Counted from the stretch's first letter, positions 44,891 to 61,340 are shown. The stretch is DNA of 64,000 nt from Eledone cirrhosa (GCA_964016885.1 OZ024742.1:195734001-195798000), one strand, 5' to 3'. The notes: generated by a model from the letters alone, not told the origin. Numbers and translations are program-made.

Positions 44891-47800
44891 GAGATAAGAT
44901 ATGATGATGCGAGATGAAGTGTGATGAGGTGAGATAAGATATGATGATGCGAGATGAAGTGTGATGAGGTGAGATAAGATATGATGATGCGTGATGAAGT
45001 GTGATGAGATGAGATAAGATATGATGATGCGAGATGAAGTGTGATGAGATGAGATAAGATATGATGATGCGAGATGAAGTGTGATGAGGTGAGATAAGAT
45101 ATGATGATGCGTGATGAAGTGTGATGAGATGAGATAAGATATGATGATGCGAGATGAAGTGTGATGAGATAAGATAAGATATGATAATGCGTGATGAAGT
45201 GTGATGAGATGAGATAAGATATGATGATGCGAGATGAAGTGTGATGAGATGAGATCAGATATGATAATGCGAGATGAAGTGTGATGAGATGAGTTAAGAT
45301 ATGATGATGCGAGATGAAGTGTGATGAGATGAGATAAGATATGATGATGCGAGATGAAGTGTGATGAGATGAGATAAGATATGATGATGCGAGATGAAGT
45401 GTGATGAGATGAGATAAGATATGATAATGCGTGATCAAGTGTGATGAAATGAGATAAGATATGATGATGCGAGATGAAGTGTGATGAGATGAGATAAGAT
45501 ATGATGATGCGAGATGAAGTGTGATGAGATGAGATAAGATATGATGATGCGAGATGAAGTGTGATGAGGTGAGATAAGATATGATAATGCGTGATGAAGT
45601 GTGATGAAATGAGATAAGATATGATGATGCGAGATGAAGTGTGATGAGATGAGATAAGATATGATAATGCGAGATGAAGTGTGATGAGATGAGTTAAGAT
45701 ATGATGATGCGAGATGAAGTGTGATGAGATGAGATAAGATATGATGATGCGAGATGAAGTGTGATGAGATGAGATAAGATATGATGATGCGAGATGAAGT
45801 GTGATGAGATGAGTTAAGATATGATGATGCGAGATGAAGTGTGATGAGATGAGATAAGATATGATGATGCGAGATGAAGTGTGATGAGATGAGTTAAGAT
45901 ATGATGATGCGAGATGAAGTGTGATGAGATGAGATAAGATATGATGATGCGAGATGAAGTGTGATGAGATGAGTTAAGATATGATGATGCGAGATGAAGT
46001 GTGATGAGATGAGATAAGATATGATGATGCGAGATGAAGTGTGATGAGATGAGTTAAGATATGATGATGCGAGATGAAGTGTGATGAGATGAGATAAGAT
46101 ATGATGATGCGAGATGAAGTGTGATGAGATGAGATCAGATATGATGATGCGAGATGAAGTGTGATGAGATGAGGTAAGATATGATGATGCGAGATGAAGT
46201 GTGATGAGATGAGATAAGATATGATGATGCGAGATGAAGTGTGATGAGATGAGATAAGATATGATGATGCGAGATGAAGTGTGATGAGATGAGATAAGAT
46301 ATGATGATGCGAGATGAAGTGTGATGAGATGAGATAAGATATGATGATGCGAGATGAAGTGTGATGAGATGAGATAAGATATGATGATGCGAGATGAAGT
46401 GTGATGAGATGAGGTAAGATATGATGATGCGAGATGAAGTGTGATGAGATGAGATAAGATATGATAATGCGTGATGAAGTGTGATGAGATGAGATAAGAT
46501 ATGATGATGCGAGATGAAGTGTGATGAGATGAGATAAGATATGATGATGCGAGATGAAGTGTGATGAGATGAGATAAGATATGATGATGCGAGATGAAGT
46601 GTGATGAGATGAGATAAGATATGATGATGCGAGATGAAGTGTGATGAGATGAGATAAGATATGATAATGCGTGATGAAGTGTGATGAGATGAGATAAGAT
46701 ATGATGATGCGAGATGAAGTGTGATGAGATGAGATAAGATATGATAATGCGTGATGAAGTGTGATGAAATGAGATAAGATATGATGATGCGAGATGAAGT
46801 GTGATGAGGTGAGATAAGATATGATGATGCGAGATGAAGTGTGATGAGATGAGATAAGATATGATGATGCGAGATGAAGTGTGATGAAATGAGATAAGAT
46901 ATGATGATGCGAGATGAAGTGTGATGAGATGAGTTAAGATATGATGATGTGAGATGAAGTGTGATGAGATGAGATAAGATATGATAATGCGTGATGAAGT
47001 GTGATGAGATGAGATAAGATATGATGATGCGAGATGAAGTGTGATGAGATGAGATAAGATATGATGATGCGAGATGAAGTGTGATGAGATGAGATAAGAT
47101 ATGATAATGCGTGATGAAGTGTGATGAGATGAGATAAGATATGATGATGCGAGATGAAGTGTGATGAGATGAGATAAGATATGATAATGCGTGATGAAGT
47201 GTGATGAAATGAGATAAGATATGATGATGCGAGATGAAGTGTGATGAGATGAGATAAGATATGATGATGCGAGATGAGGTGTGATGAGATGAGATAAGAT
47301 ATGATGATGCGTGATGAAGTGTGATGAAATGAGATAAGATATGATGATGCGAGATGAAGTGTGATGAGATGAGATAAAATATGATGATGCGAGATGAGGT
47401 GTGATGAGATGAGATAAGATATGATGATGCGAGATGAAGTGTGATGAGATGAGATAAGATATGATGATGCGAGATGAAGTGTGATGAGATGAGGTAAGAT
47501 ATGATGATGCGAGATGAAGTGTGATGAGATGAGGTAAGATATGATGATGCGAGATGAAGTGTGATGAGATGAGATAAGATATGATGATGCGAGATGAAGT
47601 GTGATGAGATGAGATAAGATATGATGATGCGAGATGAAGTGTGATGAGATGAGATAAGATATGATGATGCGAGATGAAGTGTGATGAGATGAGGTAAGAT
47701 ATGATGATGCGAGATGAAGTGTGATGAGATGAGATAAGATATGATGATGCGAGATGAAGTGTGATGAGATGAGGTAAGATATGATGATGCGAGATGAAGT

Positions 47801-49170
47801 GTGATGAGATGAGATAAGATATGATGATGCGAGATGAAGTGTGATGAGATGAGGTAAGATATGATGATGCGAGATGAAGTGTGATGAGATGAGATAAGAT
47901 ATGATGATGCGAGATGAAGTGTGATGAGATGAGATAAGATATGATGATGCGAGATGAAGTGTGATGAGATGAGATAAGATATGATGATGCGAGATGAAGT
48001 GTGATGAGATGAGGTAAGATATGATGATGCGAGTTGAAGTGTGATGAGATGAGATAAGATATGATGATGCGAGATGAAGTGTGATGAGATGAGGTAAGAT
48101 ATGATGATGCGAGATGAAGTGTGATGAGATGAGATAAGATATGATGATGCGAGATGAAGTGTGATGAGATGAGATAAGATATGATGATGCGAGATGAGGT
48201 GTGATGAGATGAGATAAGATATGATGATGCGAGATGAAGTGTGATGAAATGAGATAAGATATGATGATGCGAGATGAAGTGTGATGAGATGAGTTAAGAT
48301 ATGATGATGCATGATGAAGTGTGATGAAATGAGATAAGATATGATGATGCGAGATGAAGTGTGATGAGATGAGATAAGATATGATGATGCGAGATGAGGT
48401 GTGATGAGATGAGATAAGATATGATGATGCGAGATGAAGTGTGATGAGATGAGATAAGATATGATGATGCGAGATGAAGTGTGATGAGATGAGGTAAGAT
48501 ATGATGATGCGAGATGAAGTGTGATGAGATGAGATAAGATATGATGATGCGAGATGAAGTGTGATGAGATGAGATCAGATATGATGATGCGAGATGAAGT
48601 GTGATGAAATGAGATAAGATATGATGATGCGAGATGAAGTGTGATGAGATGAGATAAGATATGATGATGCGAGATGAAGTGTGATGAGATGAGATAAGAT
48701 ATGATGATGCGAGATGAAGTGTGATGAGATGAGGTAAGATATGATGATGCGAGATGAAGTGTGATGAGATGAGGTAAGATATGATGATGCGAGATGAAGT
48801 GTGATGAGATGAGATAAGATATGATGATGCGAGATGAAGTGTGATGAGATGAGATAAGATATGATGATGCGAGATGAAGTCTGATGAGATGAGGTAAGAT
48901 ATGATGATGCGAGATGAAGTGTGATGAGATGAGGTAAGATATGATGATGCGAGATGAAGTGTGATGAGATGAGATAAGATATGATGATGCGAGATGAAGT
49001 GTGATGAGATGAGATAAGATATGATGATGCGAGATGAAGTCTGATGAGATGAGGTAAGATATGATGATGCGAGATGAAGTGTGATGAGATGAGGTAAGAT
49101 ATGATGATGCGAGATGAAGTGTGATGAGATGAGGTAAGATATGATGATGCGAGATGAAGTGTGATGAGAT
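44891..49170. repeat. 40 bp satellite, 107 copies, in a MAO intron
   Basis: Unit GAGATAAGATATGATGATGCGAGATGAAGTGTGATGAGAT; exact register, only point variants. Confidence 0.97.
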
Positions 49171-49211
49171 GTGTTGAGATATATTTAGATCAGACAAAAC
49201 AGTCAACTTAC

Positions 49212-49371
49212 CTCTCTCACGCCAGTAAGGCCGTTTGTAGTAGAGGAAGGTCTTAATAACTGTCCCCATAGGAATCCTCTGGATCAACTGGTTACGTAAT
49301 GGTGGCAATGGAGGCTCATATATCATCTTATTCTGCAGTGGTGCTGGAGACGCTAGTATAACTCTCTTACC
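49212..49371 (-). CDS. MAO: MAO exon (GKRVILASPAPLQNKMIYEPPLPPLRNQLIQRIPMGTVIKTFLYYKRPYWRER)
   Basis: 160 nt, tag/gtaag; conserved RNQLIQRxPMGxVIK with the conserved active-site Lys. Confidence 0.96.
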
Positions 49372-49507
49372 CTACAGAGAAAGAAACACATGTTGAAAAG
49401 TATAGGAAAGAAGTCGATCATCAGATATAACTATGGAAAAAATGTTTCTATTGGACTTTCCATTGCTGATACTATCTGTTGGTCATAACTCCTGACAGAA
49501 GAAATAT

Positions 49508-49579
<72 letters not shown>

Positions 49580-49608
49580 ATATATATATATATCTATTAA
49601 TTTGAATT

Positions 49609-49695
<87 letters not shown>

Positions 49696-49696
49696 T

Positions 49697-49851
<155 letters not shown>

Positions 49852-49897
49852 AATTCAAATTAAAAGATATATAAAAAGAGAAAGAGAGAGAGAGAGA

Positions 49898-49952
<55 letters not shown>

Positions 49953-50263
49953 ATATATCATTTGAGAAACTCATAGTATTTTGTACATATATATAAAGCA
50001 GAGAATATTTAGGAAAATGAACATATATTAAGGTGCTCTGACCAAACATCCATTGAGCTTTTCTATTGAGAAACATAATCATCATACATTTTATATATGC
50101 TATGATCCCATAACTTAGTATATATATATAACAAAGAAGGTGTGGTAAGATACCAGGTGGACCATAACGTACCAGGGTACTCAATACTTAGGGTAGAGGA
50201 GTGGGTAACAGGATCTAGCTGCCGAAATGGCCGGAGCTCAGCCGTCGGAGTCGTGACTCTTTT

Positions 50264-50341
<78 letters not shown>

Positions 50342-51167
50342 TATGTATACGTACATACATATATGTATTTCTATGGTGATGCGCATCCCCCCCCCCAAAA
50401 AAAAAATGGGGGATGCGCATCACCATAGAAAATAGGGCCTATACTGTGACACATTTTAATAGCTAGGTATAGAAACCCCGGAGTTACCTCCCCGCATGCA
50501 TTAACTCCCCTTAGCCACACACACACTTCCGGGTGGTATTCAATGGCGTTTCTCGAAACGTAACAGCCTCCTGTATTGAACTAAAGAACACCAGACTACG
50601 ATCTCTAACTGGATTGTCAAACGCTCAATATCGAATTGTCGTGGATTATGTGAGGGGCATATAATCGTAAAATACACTCCCCTGACCATGAAAATGTCGA
50701 AGTACATGAAATACTTGACATCCCTTCGCTGTGCATCTCCAATACGTTTAACACTTTTAATGCTTGCACTATTTTTAATGCTTATAACATTTCTCCACAC
50801 ACAGACTCTATCAATCATATAATGAATTTGCCACCAGATCTACCAACCTAACACTCTTGTTTACCTACCTAAGTGCCTCTACCACACATATCTCTCTGCC
50901 ACACTATATAAACAAGACGCACATGCGTGCCACACATATAACATTTGCACTATATAACCGCTTATCTTCATGTTGTATTTTAACCTGTATTTTCGATTTT
51001 TGATTGTACCTATTAATATAAATGTAATCTCGAAGTGTGTACTGCCACTCTAAATTCTGTAATGAATGTTGACCCACAATGTTTGAATATGTATCAATGT
51101 TTGAATATGTATCGGTATGCCTCTCGGCTGAAAAGGAGGTCATATAACTGTCCATGCATTAATAAAT

Positions 51168-51214
51168 TGCTCCGAAAAATCCAAACCTTGGTTTGGAGGA
51201 AACAGCTGTAAGCA
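51168..51214 (+). ncRNA. Decayed HHR related to 14261-14307, ending a PLE 3' UTR-like fragment (~50434-51260)
   Basis: TGCT-CCGAAAA-TCCAAACC/GGTTTGGA-GAAA-CAGCTG-TA-AGCA. Confidence 0.6.
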
Positions 51215-51418
51215 CAATAATGTTTTGAACAGTTCTTTGATTCTTATATTTCATATAACTGCTCTGTAAATCATCTGATGCTTTTACATTGAGCTACTTA
51301 ACTTACTGGTAATAATTTACTGGTAATACATTACTGCCTATCACTATTTAGGGTGTGTGTAAAATACTTATAACTGCATAAGGTTTTGTATTTACATAAC
51401 CATAAATAGTATTACTAA

Positions 51419-51519
<101 letters not shown>

Positions 51520-52477
51520 GTTATGTAATAAACAACATAAGGCAATTATTCCCTTTACCAGTGGTTTCTTAAAAGCAAAAAATGTTACTTTCAATCATTA
51601 GAATGAAAAAATCCTGGTCTATTTATTGATATTGGATTCTAAAAACAAAAATGCAATCTATATGAAAGTGAGGCTGGAGAAGGAAGAAGGAAAGGAAAAA
51701 TAAAATAAAAACACACATGCAAACACACACACACACAATTATATACATACACACACATATATATATATATATATATACATACACTCATAAATACACACAC
51801 ACATATACACATATATGTGTGTATATATATACACACACATACACATACATATACACATACATACATACACACATAAGTATCAACATATCCATACATACAC
51901 ATACATATATACAACCACACACACATATATACACACATATATATAGAAATAGAAATATATATATATATATGCGTACACATACACATACATAGCCATACAC
52001 ACATACATATACATACATACATACATACATACATACATACATACATACACACAATCATACCTATATACACACGTACATACATACACATACTTAATTGTAT
52101 ACATATGCATGCACAAAATTAGAAAAATATACACACACCTCTACATATTCACACACGCAAATAAATATAAGAAAAAATATATATAAAATAATAAACGAAA
52201 ATAAAGACTGTTATAAGTTGACAGCGATACAGGCAACAAATAAATGAACAAACACACGTGGTAAGCAATACACACAAATGCACGTACACATACATACGTA
52301 AAAATAAATACATACACACACTCTCACACATAAATATACATATACAAATACATAAACACATACATACGCATACACAAATACATACACAAACACACACACA
52401 TATACACATATACACACACATATACATACACATATATATATATATATACATATATATTTATATATATATATATATAT

Positions 52478-52558
<81 letters not shown>

Positions 52559-52639
52559 CATATACACACACATACATACATAGCCATACAATTATACACA
52601 TACAAATACGTACATATCACAAACATGCACAACCAAATA

Positions 52640-52782
<143 letters not shown>

Positions 52783-52976
52783 GTGTGTAAAACTCAATCT
52801 TAGATAATTCATATGAACCTTATTTAACTCCAAAATATACATATATATATATATATAGTCATGTAATAAAAAACATAAGGCAATTATTCCATTCACCAGT
52901 GGTTTCTTAAAAGCAAAAGATTTTGCCTTCAATCATTAGAATGAAAAAATCCTGGTCTATCCATATATATACATAT

Positions 52977-53013
<37 letters not shown>

Positions 53014-53054
53014 CACATACATACATTTTGGTATGTGAAGGGTAAGGCAAAAAA

Positions 53055-54256
53055 ATGAAAACTCTTTTGATGTTGCAATGGGTTCATATGACAGTGCGGA
53101 TGTGTGTGACTTAGTAGGATTATTCCTTCTCCACACCCTCAAAGAGAAATTTCCTTCCCATAATATCGGTTTATACCGTGATGACGGATTGGCAGTTTCT
53201 CATACCACCAACGGCCATAACCTTGATAAATTCCGTAAAGATTTAATCAATACTTTTGCTAATCTTAACCTTAAAATCATTATAGATACGAACCTTACCA
53301 ATGCTAACTTTCTTGATATTAATCTTGATCTACTTACCGCCTCTTTTGAACATTATCATAAACCTAATGAAAATCTTAGGTATATACACAAAGAGTCTTG
53401 CCATCCCCCTATAGTTTTTAATAATCTTATTCCTAACATTAGCCGTAGGATTTCTACCTTATCTTCGTCTATAGACATTTTTAATAAAGCCCTTAAGAAC
53501 AGCGGTTTTACAGAAAAATTTTTTTATTTACCTACTCCCCCCCCCCCCCTCTAAAACTAACCACAATAACAGGAAAAGGAAAATTATTTGGTTCACACCC
53601 CCTTCTCTCTAACTGTCAAAACTAATATAGGAAGGAAATTCCTTGAACTCTTAGATAAACATTTTCCTCCTAATCATAGATATTATAAGATATTTAATAG
53701 GAACGTAGTTAAGATCAGTTACTCTTGTTGCCCATCTATGAAGTCCAAGATCACTAGTTCAAATCATACGAGAACAAATCCAGGATGCAGTTGCAGGAAG
53801 CCGGATGAATGCCCATTGCAGGGCAAATGTAACACCAAATCTGTTGTTTATGAGGCTAAAATAACACCGTTAATCAACAACCAGCCAGCCAGGAGTGAGC
53901 GATATGTCGGCATGACTCAGGACAGGTTTAAAACCAGATTTTACTCATATGTCGCTTCTTTTAAGCACTCCGATAAACGAACAACAATAGCCCTCGCAAG
54001 TAAGGTGTGGGAATTCAAGGATAATAACATCCCGTACTCTATCGATTGGTCTATTTTAGACCATTCGAGGGAGTACCAAAGGGGCACAAAGAATTGTTCT
54101 TTGTGTACCACAGAAAAATATAGGATTTTGTTAAACTTGAGAGCCACTTCTGCTTGCCTGAACTCAAAGACCGAGATCTTTAGATGTTGTCCTCATCTGA
54201 AATCACATCTGATCTGTAACTGGATTGACATTCCTATGATAACTCAACCGCCTTGA
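53055..54256 (+). pseudogene. PLE RT (C-terminal half) + GIY-YIG, frameshift near 53550
   Basis: FDVAMGSYDSADVC, GLYRDDGL, FLDINL, CSCR..CPL, VVYEA..YVGMT, CSLC, CPH. Confidence 0.9.
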
Positions 54257-54665
54257 ACTCCTTTCCTGCTCTTTACTTCTACTACGGTTTTTATACCTGC
54301 TGAATCCACGTTCTGTACTCTTGTATTCTCTTTCTCCCTTATCTCCCCATATATTTAACCTTTTCCTATGTCTTTTTCCCCCCTCCTTTTCCCCCCTAAA
54401 TTTTTTTTTTTTTGCCTTACCCTTCACATACCAAAATGTATGTGTATGTGTATATATATATATATATGTGTGTGTATATGTATATATATATGGATAGACC
54501 AGGATTTTTTCATTCTGATGATTGAAGGCAAAATCTTTTGCTTTTAAGAAACCACTGGTGAATGGAATAATTGCCTTATGTTGTTTATTACATGACTATA
54601 TATATATATATATTTTCGAGTTAAATAAGGTTCATATGAATTATCTAAGATTGAGTTTTACACAC

Positions 54666-54703
<38 letters not shown>

Positions 54704-54781
54704 TTGTATTTGGTTGTGCGTGTTTGTGATATGTACGTATTTGTATGTGTATAATTGTATGGCTATGTATGTATGTGTGTG

Positions 54782-55969
<1,188 letters not shown>

Positions 55970-56584
55970 ATGTGTGTGTATATGTGTGTGTGTGTGTTTG
56001 TGTATGTATTTGTGTATGCGTATGTATGTGTTTATGTATTTGTATATGTATATTTATGTGTGAGAGTGTGTGTATGTATTTATTTTTACGTATGTATGTG
56101 TACGTGCATTTGTGTGTATTGCTTACCACGTGTGTTTGTTCATTTATTTGCCTGTATCGCTGTTAACTTATAACAGTCTTTATTTTCGTTTATTATTTTA
56201 TATATATTTTTTCTTATATTTATTTGCGTGTGTGAATATGTAGAGGTGTGTGTATATTTTTCTAATTTTGTGCATGCATATGTATACATTTATGTATGTG
56301 TATGTATGTACGTGTGCATAAAGGTATGATTGTGTGTATGTATGTATATGTATGTGTGTATGGCTATGTATGTGTATGTGTACGCATATATGTATATATA
56401 TATATATATTTATATTTCTATATATATGTGTGTATATATGTGTGTGTGGTTGTATATATGTATGTGTATGTATGGATATGTTGATACTTATGTGTGTATG
56501 TATGTATGTGTATATGTATGTGTATGTGTGTGTATATATATACACGCATATATATGTGCATATGTGTGTGTGTATTTATGAGTG

Positions 56585-56658
<74 letters not shown>

Positions 56659-56708
56659 CGTGTATGTGTGTATTTATGAGTGTATGTATATATATATATA
56701 TATGTGTG

Positions 56709-56741
<33 letters not shown>

Positions 56742-56889
56742 ATAACTGTGTGTGCGTGTGCGTGTGTTTGCATGTGTGTTTTTATTTTTTTATTTTATTT
56801 TTCCTTTCCTTCTTCCTTCTCCAGCCTCACTTTCATATAGATTGCATTTTTGTTTTTAGAATCCAATATCAATAAATAGACCAGGATTG

Positions 56890-56949
56890 TTTCATTCTGA
56901 TGATTGAAAGCAAAATTTTTTGCTTTTAAGAAACCACTGGTAAATGGAA
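56890..56949 (+). ncRNA. Complete type I hammerhead ribozyme (GUA site)
   Basis: CATT-CTGATGA-TTGAAAGC/GCTTTTAA-GAAA-CC ACT GG-TA-AATG. Confidence 0.88.
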
Positions 56950-57136
56950 TAATTGCCTTATGTTGTTTATTACATAACTATTAAGCTCTGTTACTTACAT
57001 AGAGCACTCTTTTTTCCTGGACTTTTCCGACGGAATTACTTCATTTACACACACACACACACACAAATTCGGCCTACTTATATGAAATGATGAGTTAGCA
57101 AAGCACTCGATAAGTTAGGTCCTTAGAGTAATAACA

Positions 57137-57317
57137 TACGTTTAAATAGCTTGACAAATCGAACATTGTGGTAGGCAAAATCTAACACACAATAATATAC
57201 CAAAGTAAGGATAGAACTAACAGGTTTCTCAACCTGTTAGTTCTATCGTTACTTTGGTATATTATTGTGTGTTAGATTTTGCCTACCACAATGTTCGATT
57301 TGTCAAGCTATTTAAAC

Positions 57318-57320
<3 letters not shown>
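57137..57320. repeat. Near-perfect ~185 bp palindrome abutting (TA)n
   Basis: Arms mirror around the TCTC loop at ~57228. Confidence 0.88.
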
Positions 57321-57351
<31 letters not shown>

Positions 57352-57354
<3 letters not shown>

Positions 57355-58726
57355 TTTACATATACATAAAGTCATAGATATATATGTGGCAACCGGTCAC
57401 GTTGTGGCTCAATGAAGAATTAAAAAATTAAATAATCAGACCAAATATCATAAATCATGTCCTTAGAATTATTAGAAAAAATATATACCATTTCCTCTCC
57501 CAATTAGCATAATTAACCATATAAAAAAAATCAATTAAACCAGGCTATAAGAATAAAGGCTCCTATGAAGAAATTTTCGACAAATAACCGAAAGCGGCCT
57601 CTTCGCGGTGACTCCAATAGAGTATTTATCCAACATTTCAACAGCATGTAGAAACTGACTTAATATACCGTCAACCATACACAATTAGGTGTAAATTTAA
57701 ACTTAGAAGAAACGTGTACATACCGTAATTATATCTCTACCATTGTTTCGTCCGTATTTTAAGACATCCTATTGTTAGGATATATCCAGAGTAACAGACT
57801 TATCAGGAGAAAACTCAAGATTAGACAGTTAATTTTCCAAAGCGATCGCGCCAAAAATAGATTCAAAAATGGCTAAGAATCGTGACGTGGCAGTGGTCAA
57901 GTTAGAAAGAATGTGATTAGTTACTTACGGCGGGTAGGCTTGTTGCTAGAAAGCGCAGCCCAATATCGCCCAATTGTATCTCAACTAACGGGAGATTATT
58001 AAATATAAAGATTTACATATACATAAAGTCATAGATATATATGTGGCAACCGGTCACGTTGTGGCTCAATGATATATTGCTCTGATTATTTAATTTATTA
58101 ATTCTTCATTGAGCCACAACGTGACCGGTTGCCACATATATATCTATGACTTTATGTATATGTAAATCTTTATATTTAATAATCTCCCGTTAGGTTGAGA
58201 TACAATTGGGCGATATTGGGCTGCGCTTTCTAGCAACAAGCCTACCCGTCGTAAGTAACTAATCACATTCTTTCTAACTTGACCACTGCCACATCACGAT
58301 TCTTAGCCATTTTTGAATCTATTTTTGGCGCGATCGCTTTGGAAAATTAACTGTCCAATCTTGAGTTTTCTCCTGATAAGTCTGTTACTCTGGATATATC
58401 CTAACAATAGGATGTCTTAAAATACGGACGAAACAATGGTAGAGATATAATTACGGAATGTACACGTTTCTTCTAAGTTTAAATTTACACCTAATTGTGT
58501 ATGGTTGACGGTATATTAAGTCAGTTTCTACATGCTGTTGAAATGTTGGATAAATACTCTATTGGAGTCACCGCGAAGAGGCCGCTTTCGGTTATTTGTC
58601 GAAAATTTCTTCATAGGAGCCTTTATTCTTATAGCCTGGTCTAATTGATTTTTTATATGGTTAATTATACTAATTGGGAGAGGAAATGGTATATATTTTA
58701 TCTAATAATTCTAAGAAAATGAATTA

Positions 58727-58730
<4 letters not shown>
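57352..58730. mobile_element. Retrozyme-like non-coding element, 657 bp unit, head-to-head in (TA)n
   Basis: 57354-57413 repeated at 58011-58071; 58071-58730 is an inverted, permuted copy; HHR-like motifs at 57734-57810(-) and 58369-58445(+). Confidence 0.82.
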
Positions 58731-58773
<43 letters not shown>

Positions 58774-59135
58774 TGTATGTATAGTATATTTGGCAATATA
58801 CTGTATGTTATTTAATATATTGGAACGTCAAGTGTGAAATTTGTAGAAATGTTTTCTTTTTTATACAAATTTCTACAAATTTCTACAAATCTCATACTTG
58901 ACGACCCAATAAGTCATCTTTTTTTAAAGTAAGTTATCGTTTGTGATGATGTTGGTGGTGGTTGTTCTGGATTGGGGGTGGGAGAGCGTTCCTCTATTAG
59001 CTCCTTCAACGTAATCAGTTCAGAGAAAGGAAGAAAGGGGAGGGAGAGGGAATAAAAGGAAAGAGAGAGGAAGAGAAAGAGGAAGAATGGAACAGAAATA
59101 ACCTGGTACTTTAAATAACTATGCTTTATACTTAC

Positions 59136-59224
59136 ATGGAAATCTCTCCCCTTTGCATCTCGAACAGTAACGTGGACACCTGCTTGGTCAATACTGACCA
59201 CAGGATGTTCTAGTAAAACTTTAT
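59136..59224 (-). CDS. MAO: MAO exon (DKVLLEHPVVSIDQAGVHVTVRDAKGRDFH)
   Basis: 89 nt, cag/gtaag, phase-consistent; resembles MAO DQVKLNHPV. Confidence 0.92.
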
Positions 59225-59268
59225 CTGAAACAGAACAAAAATTCAGTACATTATTTACTGTGTATAAG

Positions 59269-59440
59269 TATTGCAGTATCGGTAGAGGGTCGGACGCCAT
59301 GCTTTGCAGCCTAGAGTTACGTCCCTTTACGGTGTAAATTCAAATCCCGCCGAGGTTAACTTCGCCTTTCATCCTTACGGGGTCGATAAAATAAAGTACC
59401 AGCAATACACTGGGTAATTGTGCCAAAAGTAGAAACAATT
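59269..59440 (+). mobile_element. tRNA-derived SINE with 19 bp TSD
   Basis: Same family as 10045; TSD ATTATTTACTGTGTATAAG at 59250-59268 and 59438-59456. Confidence 0.85.
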
Positions 59441-59724
59441 ATTTACTGTGTATAAGCATTATTTAATTCAAGCGGAGTATTTGCAGTGTCGTTGGAATGT
59501 GGATAGAATGTTTTACGGTATTCGTACAGGCTTTCAGCACTCTTTGAGTTCAAATCCCACCAACGGCAACTTTGTCTCTCACATTCTCTTTCTTTCTCCT
59601 TCTCTGGAAATAATCGGCTGTGTTCATTGATTTCTTTTGTAAATCTTAAACAATATATACTTCTTTTCAACAATAAATTCCAAACAATTATATAATATTT
59701 CTTACTAGTCATCAAAACCAATCA

Positions 59725-59875
59725 ACAGGAGCCCCGGGGGACGACCAGAGCATGATGGTTGGATAGCATCCATGAGCTGGTCTCGCTTGGGGATCCAGCC
59801 GGACCTCAACTGGAGACGGTTAATTCTGACAGGGCTCGCTGGAAGGAGAGTCTGAGGTCTCTGCCCCCACAAAAT
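59725..59875 (+). mobile_element. RTE-like LINE 3' remnant
   Basis: Translates to GRP..WLDSI...DRARWK, typical of an RTE C-terminus. Confidence 0.5.
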
Positions 59876-61340
59876 TATCAAATAACTGTTTATTCTTTAT
59901 TAATCAATGTAAAATACAAGTACATATTGAACAGTATCTAAGAAAACAAAACACACTATTAAAGGGAACAGAAAAGGAAGAAGAAAGAAAATGAAAAGGA
60001 GAAAAAGAAAAGGAAAGAAGAATCAAGCAACGAAAGAAAGAGAGAAAGGTGGGGGGGGGGCAGACACTACACCCCAGGCTGAGCGGTGCGTCAGCCACAC
60101 CCTGCAGACAAAACGGCAAAAGCGCTACCGCAGAGAAGTGGGGTGGCTGTTGCAGCAGTTTCTTTGGTCATTCTCCGCGGTAAAGAATATATGATATTTA
60201 TGATTTACAAAAGAAACAAATAATTTTTTTTAAATATCAGAAAGGAGAAGAAAAGTCAAGAAGACATACACACTCAGTTACACACTACAATACGGACTGT
60301 TGGTGTTGCCCTTTAAAAGGGGGAGAGGCATGCTAAGACACTGATGACATAACTGCAGGTGATAGCTATGCTAAGGCGCTGGAACAAAAAGCACCCTCAT
60401 TAACATTACTTATTACTGTCATGAACGCCGCGAATGTCAGAGGCTGGAATATATAATTTAACGATAGTTTACAGTATTTTAACAGTTTATTCAGTTCGGC
60501 CATAGATGTAGTGGTGTTAGAAGCAGTGAAAGAATCACTGATCAGTTAACCTCTAGCCCTCGACACGAAGCCCTAATAGTAAATTCTCCGTCGGTCTCGA
60601 CGATGAGCAGTCACTTCGAGCAACTGAACTGCTATGTACTCGTTAAATTAACTTTAAGCGGTTCAGTATTCTACAAACACATGTAATCTTAATCAGAAGT
60701 GTAGTTGATAGTGTTGAAGGGATAATCCACCTCGGGAGACACTTTTGGGTGTAAGCATGTTTGATGTATAGTGTGTTGCGTTTTTCATGGGATGAGGGGG
60801 CAAGCGAAGGACGGCTCCGGGTAGCAAAATTCTAACTACACTACTGCCCTTAATGTGTCATGGCTAAACGTTTGTACAATATAGAAACGCATTTGACGGC
60901 CATGCGGTTGTGTAAAACTACATAAGTAAACCACAATATGATTTAAAACGAAAAGAGACGAAACAAATATCGAAAGAACCTAACGATTCCGTCACTCTAC
61001 AATCTTCGACTTTTACTTTATTTAGCGACCCCTGGGGGATGAACAACAAAGCTGATCTCGTTTTCATATCAACTCAGAACACGAGGAGTCAGAATAAAGC
61101 CGCAAATTATTTCGTTTAATGCTCTAATGCTCCTGCTAATTCACTGCCCCTGAAGAGAAATAGAATACGGGATGAAAGACATTCCTGCTATGACTGTCCC
61201 GTATTTTATTTCCCTTCAAGAGCAGTGAATTATAAAAAGCGTTAGGTTAGAGCATCAAACAAAATGCTTTGCGATATTTATCCTTAATTCAGTGAGGTCA
61301 TTTTTGTTGTTCAATCCAAACAATTTAGTTAAAAACTTAC

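Noticed and set aside
46135-49326. 1063 aa His/Ile/Ser/Leu repeat ORF
   Set aside because: It is a MAO exon read through its GT donor into a stop-free 40 bp satellite; the spliced frame continues correctly at 44258
61130-61235. CTGAAGA..GAAA inside an imperfect hairpin
   Set aside because: No stem II or III pairing; appears to be an old inverted repeat
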